Below are positions 56,771-64,000 of a DNA stretch of 64,000 bases, piece after piece (within the stretch, counting starts at the first letter, position 1; each line of letters starts with the position of its first letter). The stretch lies in assembly GCF_009914755.1 (NCBI RefSeq), contig NC_060925.1. One strand, 5' to 3'. The DNA comes from the human T2T-CHM13v2.0 reference genome, Homo sapiens. The translations under genes were made by a program, and so were the position numbers. The notes beneath the pieces are model-generated. The model was not told the origin of the DNA. It was given only the letters and a program-made list of their open reading frames with translations, and made no database searches.

Positions 56771-58159
56771 TCATTTATATTGAGCAAATAGTAATTAAAT
56801 GCAGAGTGAAGCTGTGTACATCTATCCCTGGCAAATAAGAAGGGAAACATTATGAGACTCTTGTATTTGTCAGAGGAGAAACAAAAAACAACATCTTTCA
56901 TTGTGCTTAAAGAGGAAAAGACTCTGGGGGGTATTGCTCAGGGTACTCGAGTGGGATCCAGGGCTGGAGAGGTATTAAGATCTAAGATCTGTGTGTCTGC
57001 GTAGTGCATGTTTGAAAGTAAAGGTTCATATCTCGCTTTCTATCTCCCATTGCCTTTACTGACTTTTCCTTATTGCTCATATGGACAGAGATCATAAGGC
57101 ACTCTAACTGACCTCAGTTCAAATAATCTGTCCTGTTATCAGATCAAGGGCCCAATTGTAGGGTTCAGAAAAAGCACCTCCACTTCCTTAGTTTTTCTTT
57201 AAGTGTGTGAACTTAGATTGGCTAGGCTACATGCCTAAAAGAGAAAACGACTTTTTAAAAAAATTGCACCAAGGTGTGTTTGTCAAACAGTAGAGCAAAC
57301 AACTACATTTGATAGTGGTTGGGGAGGAGCTGGATTTTCCCCAGTCCTCTCAGTATCACAGTAACTTCTTTCTAGAGCATCTTAGACTTCCGTGGTTACC
57401 AGAGAATGGTCTTTCAGAGCTTTGCCAGGAGTGCCTGTCTTGCATTGCATTCTGTGAAAGCCTCAACATGCATCCTTGCACCCTCTCTGACCTGCTCATT
57501 TTTATGGCTACAGAGCTGGGAAGCAAAGCTAGTGACATGTGGGGAGTTTCCATGTGCAAATGTCCACATCCTTCATTCATGTCCTTCAAGGGTTTCCTTT
57601 CACATTTTCTGATTGTGTTTCTGAGTACATGGTGTCAACAGCTCTCAGAACTGTTAAGTTTTCTATTTATCCTCAGGCCAGGAAAAGGCACAGATCACTG
57701 CAGTGTAAAATTACCAGTGATTTTGACAGTGACCTGGAAGAACTATGGAATGAAGAAATTTAGCCTTGAGAGCTGAGGTTCAGCCCCAGGCCCATCTTAA
57801 CCAAGAAGTTCTGCTCAATTATACAGGTCACAGGAAGTTCTGCTAGTCTTAAAAATATTGAACTCATCAAACTTAAGTTCGGTGTTGTTGACACATCTTG
57901 ATGAATGGCCAGTTTTGGACAACAACTACCGTATTTACTTGTTTATTTCCTCCTTTGTTCCATTCCTACTCAACCTTAATTTTGAAAAGTAATACTGAGT
58001 TTTAAAATTCGCTTTTTATTTCTTTTGCAGGGGCTCTCCAAGTCAGCACAAACTCTTCTGAAGGTTTGAAAAACTAGGTGAAATAGTAAAAATGGCCATA
58101 TTTGCTGAAAATAGAAGACAGAGGACTTATTTCTCTGGAACTGTTCTGACCAAGCCTTT

Positions 58160-58408
58160 AGAGAGCAGATGTCATAATGGCTAAGAGCTCAGGCTTTAGA
58201 GCTGGACCATCTGGGTTGAACCCCAACTCTGCCACTTCCTACCTATGAATCTGTGGGCAAGTTACCCTCTGTGTGCCTCAGTTTCATCATCTGCAAAACA
58301 GAGATGGGAGCCATGATACCCACTTCTTTGGGCTGTTGTGAGTTAATAGGTATAAAGCAATTAGAATGGGGTCTGGCATGTAGAAGGTCCTCAATGAACA
58401 TTAGCTAC
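58160..58408 (+). mobile_element. MIR
   Basis: AATGGCTAAGAGC...CTCTGCCACTTCCTAC...CTCTGTGTGCCTCAGTTTCATCATCTGCAAAA...TCAATGAACATTAGCTAC. Confidence 0.85.
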
Positions 58409-58776
58409 TCTATTAGTCAGCTTGCGCTTATAACAAAATACCATAGACTGAGTGGCCTAAACAACAGAAATTTATTTTCTCACAGTTCTGGAGGCTGAAA
58501 CTGTGAAATCAGGGTGCCAACATAGTTAGGTTCTGGTGAGGGCTCTCTTCTCAGCTTGCAGATGGCCACTTTCTTCCTGTGTCCTCTCATGGCAGAGAGA
58601 TCTTTCTCTCTTCTTCTCATAAGGCCACCAACCCTGTAAGATTAAGACTTCCTCTGCCTTAGGATGACCTCATTTAACCTTAATTAAATCCTAAAAGCCC
58701 TATCTCCAAATATAGTTATACTGGGGGTTAGATTTTAACATATGAATTTTAGAAAGACACAATTCAGTCCATAACA
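58409..58776 (-). mobile_element. MaLR solo LTR, MLT1A0-like
   Basis: TATTAGTC...ATAACAAAATACCATAGACTG...CACAGTTCTGGAGGCTG...GACACAATTCAGTCCATAACA. Perfect 5-bp TSD GCTAC at 58404-58408 and 58777-58781. Confidence 0.88.
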
Positions 58777-60169
58777 GCTACTATTTTTAATTAGCTTATA
58801 ACTTAGAACTGTTGCAGATGTCTTGTGAATGTAGAATCACGAAGTTACTCTGGGCAGTATAGAAATACGTACTTAAAAAGGGAATTGTGCGAATAAATGG
58901 GGGATAGCTCAAGATAGTTGTGTTTTAATTAGAAGACAATTCTCATGTATTTCCTTGGTCTATCAAGCTACCATCTTAGAGCCCTTAAAAATGATCTTGA
59001 GGCTTCTATTTCTTCTTCTGCTCTTAGCTTACACTAACCTTGGTGAGTAGTTACTTTCTGAATGTAGTTTATTACCTTGCTTCCAAGGGCCATTTTAACT
59101 CTTCAGATATAATTTAGACACTGATGACTTGTTTTCTAACTGCAGGAGTTACACATTAAGGTCCCAAAAACTCCCCTGACTTTCCTCAGGAGGGTGGGAG
59201 TCCCAGAATCTCAAACACTGTTTTCTAAAATTCTTCTCACAAAATGCTTCCTTAATTTTCTCTTTCTGGGCCCTTTTATATCTTCATTGTGAGTGACAGA
59301 TTTCAAGGATTATGCAACTGGTTCTTCTCTGTTTCTCTTTTTGGAAATTCTGCATATGGTCTAGCACTTCCTTTGGAATTCAGCATCAATTGTATCTTGG
59401 TACATCAGTCAAAACTTCCAATTTAACATCCTGTTACATTTAGAAATGCATCCTTTGTATCTCATCATGGTACACTGGATACAGAACATTTATAACTCTC
59501 CAAGCCTCAGTGTTGAGCCAATAGAGTTAGGGGTAGGTGAGGAAGGAAACTAACCTTTATTGAGTTTAAGTAATTTGTTTATTTCTTTTCACTAAAAACG
59601 GCAGAGCCAAAATTGCTCTCTTGGTCTGATGTTCTAAAACCCAGGGTCATTTGCTATATGACAAAGCACTCATGCAAAACCTATCCATGGAAACACTTCC
59701 TTACACACTTTCATCTTTAAACTTTCTTGGTAATATTAATCAGTCTCTTAAAATATGGTCAAATATTTTTGAGTTTTTGGTAAATCTAAGAAAATATTAA
59801 AAAATGAAGGCATTCTCTTTGCTCCTGATATAGCCTCTTTTTTCTACCTCATAAATAAGGAAAGGGTAACCTCTACTTTTATAGCCTTTGAAGGCTTTTT
59901 TTAAAACTATAAAATTAGTGACTTTGGCATGGCCCCAAGAGGATGTGTTTATTAACTTGGTTATAAATACTTGAACTCCACACTCTAAATTTAATTTGTC
60001 AGATAAGAGAATATTATGTTTACATGCATTTATGATTTATTACTTCCCTAATATCGATGTGAGTTTCAGAAACTAAAATATGGCTTTTATTTTCTAACTC
60101 CTAACAGGGAAGACAGAAAGAAGTGGGTCTTTTTGTTAAAATTCCTTAAAACCAGGTTTTATCCATACT

Positions 60170-61450
<1,281 letters not shown>

Positions 61451-61457
61451 ATTCAAT

Positions 61458-61574
61458 ATTTTTTAAGAGACTGTGTCTTGCTATGGTGCCCAGTCTGAAC
61501 TCCTGGGCTCAAGTGATCCTTCCATCTTAACCTCCCTAGTAGCTGGGATTACAGGTGTACCACCATGCCCAGCC
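61458..61574 (-). mobile_element. FLAM-type Alu monomer
   Basis: AGAGACTGTGTCTTGCTATG...CTCCTGGGCTCAAGTGATCCT...GGGATTACAGGTG...CCCAGCC. Confidence 0.8.
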
Positions 61575-61587
61575 TATAAACTCTTAT

Positions 61588-62240
61588 TCAAAATCTGAAA
61601 TACTCCAAAAATCTAAAACTTTTTTTTGTTTTTTGAGATCGAGTTTTGCTTTGTTGCCCAGGCAGAGTGCAGTGGCACAGTCACGGCTCACTGCAGCCTG
61701 GATTTCCTGGGCTCAAGCCACCTCCACACCTCAGCCTTCCAAGTAGCAGAGACTACATGTGCACGCCAAAAATGTCTGACTAATTTTTATTTTAGTTGAG
61801 TTTTTGTGGAGATGGGGGTTTCAGTATATTGCCCAAACTGATCTCAAACTCCTGGGCTCGGGCTATCTTTCTGCTTCTGCCTCACAAAGTTCTGGGATTA
61901 CAGGCATTAGACAGTGCACCCAGCCCCAAATTTGAAATTTTTGAGCACTGACATGACACCACATGTGGAAAACCCTACACCCGGGTTTAGGTGGTGGATT
62001 GTAGTCAAAATGCAAGTGCACAACACGCAGTTTATTCAGTAACCCCAAGAGAAAAATAAAGTTATCTTCAGGCTATGTGCAGAAGATGTGTATGAAACAT
62101 AAATGAATTTCATGTTTAGATTTGGGTCCCATCCCCAAAATAGATCATTATGTATATGCAGATATTCCAAAATTTGAAAAAATTTGAGATCTGAAATACT
62201 TCTAGTCCCACACATTTCAGATAAGGGATACTCAACTTGT
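61588..62240 (+). mobile_element. Tigger4(b)-like TcMar DNA transposon, interrupted by AluJ
   Basis: AAATCTGAAATACTCCAAAA | TTTTTGAGCACTGACATGAC...GTGGAAAA...CTTCAGGCTATGTG...GGGTCCCATCCCCAA, with right TIR GATAAGGGATACTCAAC. Confidence 0.75.
61620..61925 (-). mobile_element. AluJ
   Basis: Diverged dimeric Alu (GGCTCACTGCAGCC...CCTGGGCTCAAGC), inserted inside the Tigger4 element. Confidence 0.85.
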
Positions 62241-62254
62241 GTATACACAATATA

Positions 62255-62391
62255 TAGACAGTCCCCAAATTATGGTGGTTCAGTTCACAATTTTTTGCCT
62301 TTACAGTGGGTTTATTGAGACAGCAAATGCATTTTAGACCCACAATGAGTTGTATTGGGAAGTAGTCCCATCATAAGTCTAGGATCATCTG
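62255..62391. mobile_element. MER47/Tigger5-like MITE
   Basis: Ends TAGACAGTCCCC... and ...CCCATCATAAGTCTAGGATCATCTG, flanked by TA on both sides. Confidence 0.55.
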
Positions 62392-64000
62392 TATATATGT
62401 TTTATTGTATTAAACAGCCCATTTTAGTATGTTGGCTATTTAAGCATTTCAGTCTGTCCTGGTGATGATAGCAGAGTAGATTGTAATCAAAGAAAACTGT
62501 TTGCCAGCAGGCAGATGCAGATCAGAATAAAGGTGAGGTTGGGTGCTTGTCGGAAAGACCGTCTCAGCCAGAAATCAGAATGAACTACATTTTTCAGGGT
62601 CGTGTTCCACATATTAAGGATATGCAAATTAGCTTCTCCATCAATTAACACAACCACAGAAGTCCAAAGAGGCAAAATCTGGAGCAGCAGGTGAGCAAGA
62701 AGAGGCACGGCTTGGAGCAAACCAGGGGGTACCTAGAAGATGGCTTGTGGTCATCACAGTGATGAGCAAGAGATGTAAGCCAGAAATATTCACCAGCTGG
62801 TTAGTTTAGCCTTAAAGGCTACTGACTGTGGGCCAGGCTAGACAGAAACAATCTGGGTTAATCTACTCAATTTAAATCCAGGCAGCGGGGAAAATGGATA
62901 CTTTCATATGTCTCTGTACCCAACTATAAACTTTTGGTTCTCATGCACCATTTTCATTTTGCCTTCTCACTCCAAGTACCACTGATTTTACCAATTGCTC
63001 TCATAATTGACTTTGCTACTAGAAGAAACTCTTAGAATGTTGGAATTTCTCTATTACACACTTTGCCTCAAAGAATGTGTCAGTCAGGACTAAAGCAATA
63101 GTCTCAGGGCAGACAGCCAACCTACATCTGATGACAACATTGCAGTACAGTAGTCACAATATGCTGACTTCTGAGCAAGCCCGTGGCACTACCCTGGAAG
63201 GATGGCCCCAGAGAAGCTGGGATATGCAAGCTACCCGCCTCATAGTTCGGAGACCATTGAGTGGAAAGTGCTTCCCCTTTGTTCTTTCTGTTTATTCACA
63301 AGTGGGTGAAATGGATTTCTGAGTCTCCTAGCCTAAAGCAAGTTTTGGCTTGATGACTTTTATGGGCATTTATGTTTACTTTGTAAAAGTGTAAGAAACA
63401 ATAAGTTATAGTAATATGGGGGAGTGGGAGGTTAGTAGTTGTTTAAATCTTTTTAAAAAGAATGCATTTGCAAGAGATTAATGTTTATGAGTGGCTAGGA
63501 CATTCAGAGAGCATAAAGTGCTTTTAGGGTGTGTTGAGATGGGGAGTTTTCAAATGAGCCCAGAGTTTCTGAATTCCTTGAAGCCATTCTGATAATTTCT
63601 TTGAAAGAAAACTTGCCCCTGTAAACATGTTTGCTGTGTGTCTGTTCCATCGTTGCAGGGCTGGTTCTAACGCTACATCAGGAAATGGAATTCTTGGGCA
63701 CAGTAATAATAGAGAAGTGAGTCATTGGATTAGAAGGTCACCTATCCAGACGAATCAGTGGGAAATTAGTTCTATGGTCTGTTTGGTTTGGTAATAAAAG
63801 GAAGTATATTTCTCCAATCGATAAAGTTCCTAGTTCTTTAAAAATTTCTCTCAAATCCTTGGTAGGACATACTTAAGACTACAAACTTGTCATTTTCTAG
63901 CTGGGGAAGATGGTTCCTTAAAAAGGATCCTGTTTGTCACCACCCTGTGGGCACTTTTTTGAATTCTTCATTTGAAGGGCCTTGGAAACCATTTCATCAT

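Noticed and set aside
57309-57776. 155-aa ORF in apparently unique DNA
   Set aside because: Non-ATG start, no recognisable domain and no clear splice context. Consistent with a chance ORF.

Overview
Human-like (primate) genomic DNA. It carries the whole coding region of LMO4 (LIM domain only 4) on the + strand in four coding exons: 2718-2953, 10238-10334, 10749-10904 and 15490-15498. These splice in frame to 498 nt (165 aa, two LIM domains, ending ...PDQKVC*). The non-coding main first exon lies upstream of the window. The first ~28 kb is almost free of young transposons. It holds two CpG/GC-rich islands (~2.1-2.95 kb and ~5.2-6.4 kb), a last exon with proximal (~16.26 kb) and candidate distal (~19.6 kb) polyA signals, and several homeodomain-site-rich non-coding blocks. 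The strongest block (~26.7-27.9 kb) has eight TAATTA palindromes in ~300 bp and looks like a developmental enhancer that could close a LIM-homeodomain/LDB1/LMO4 feedback loop. From ~29 kb onward the window is intergenic and dense in repeats: Alu/FLAM, L1PA, old L1M/HAL1, L2, MIR, MaLR LTRs and Tigger-type DNA transposons, often nested with readable target-site duplications. I found no other protein-coding gene, structural RNA gene or CRISPR-like system. The best leads are regulatory: the enhancer, competing splice acceptors, an overlapping upstream ORF, exon-4 read-through, and 3'UTR elements. Repeat family names come from remembered consensus sequences, and the boundaries of old repeats are approximate.
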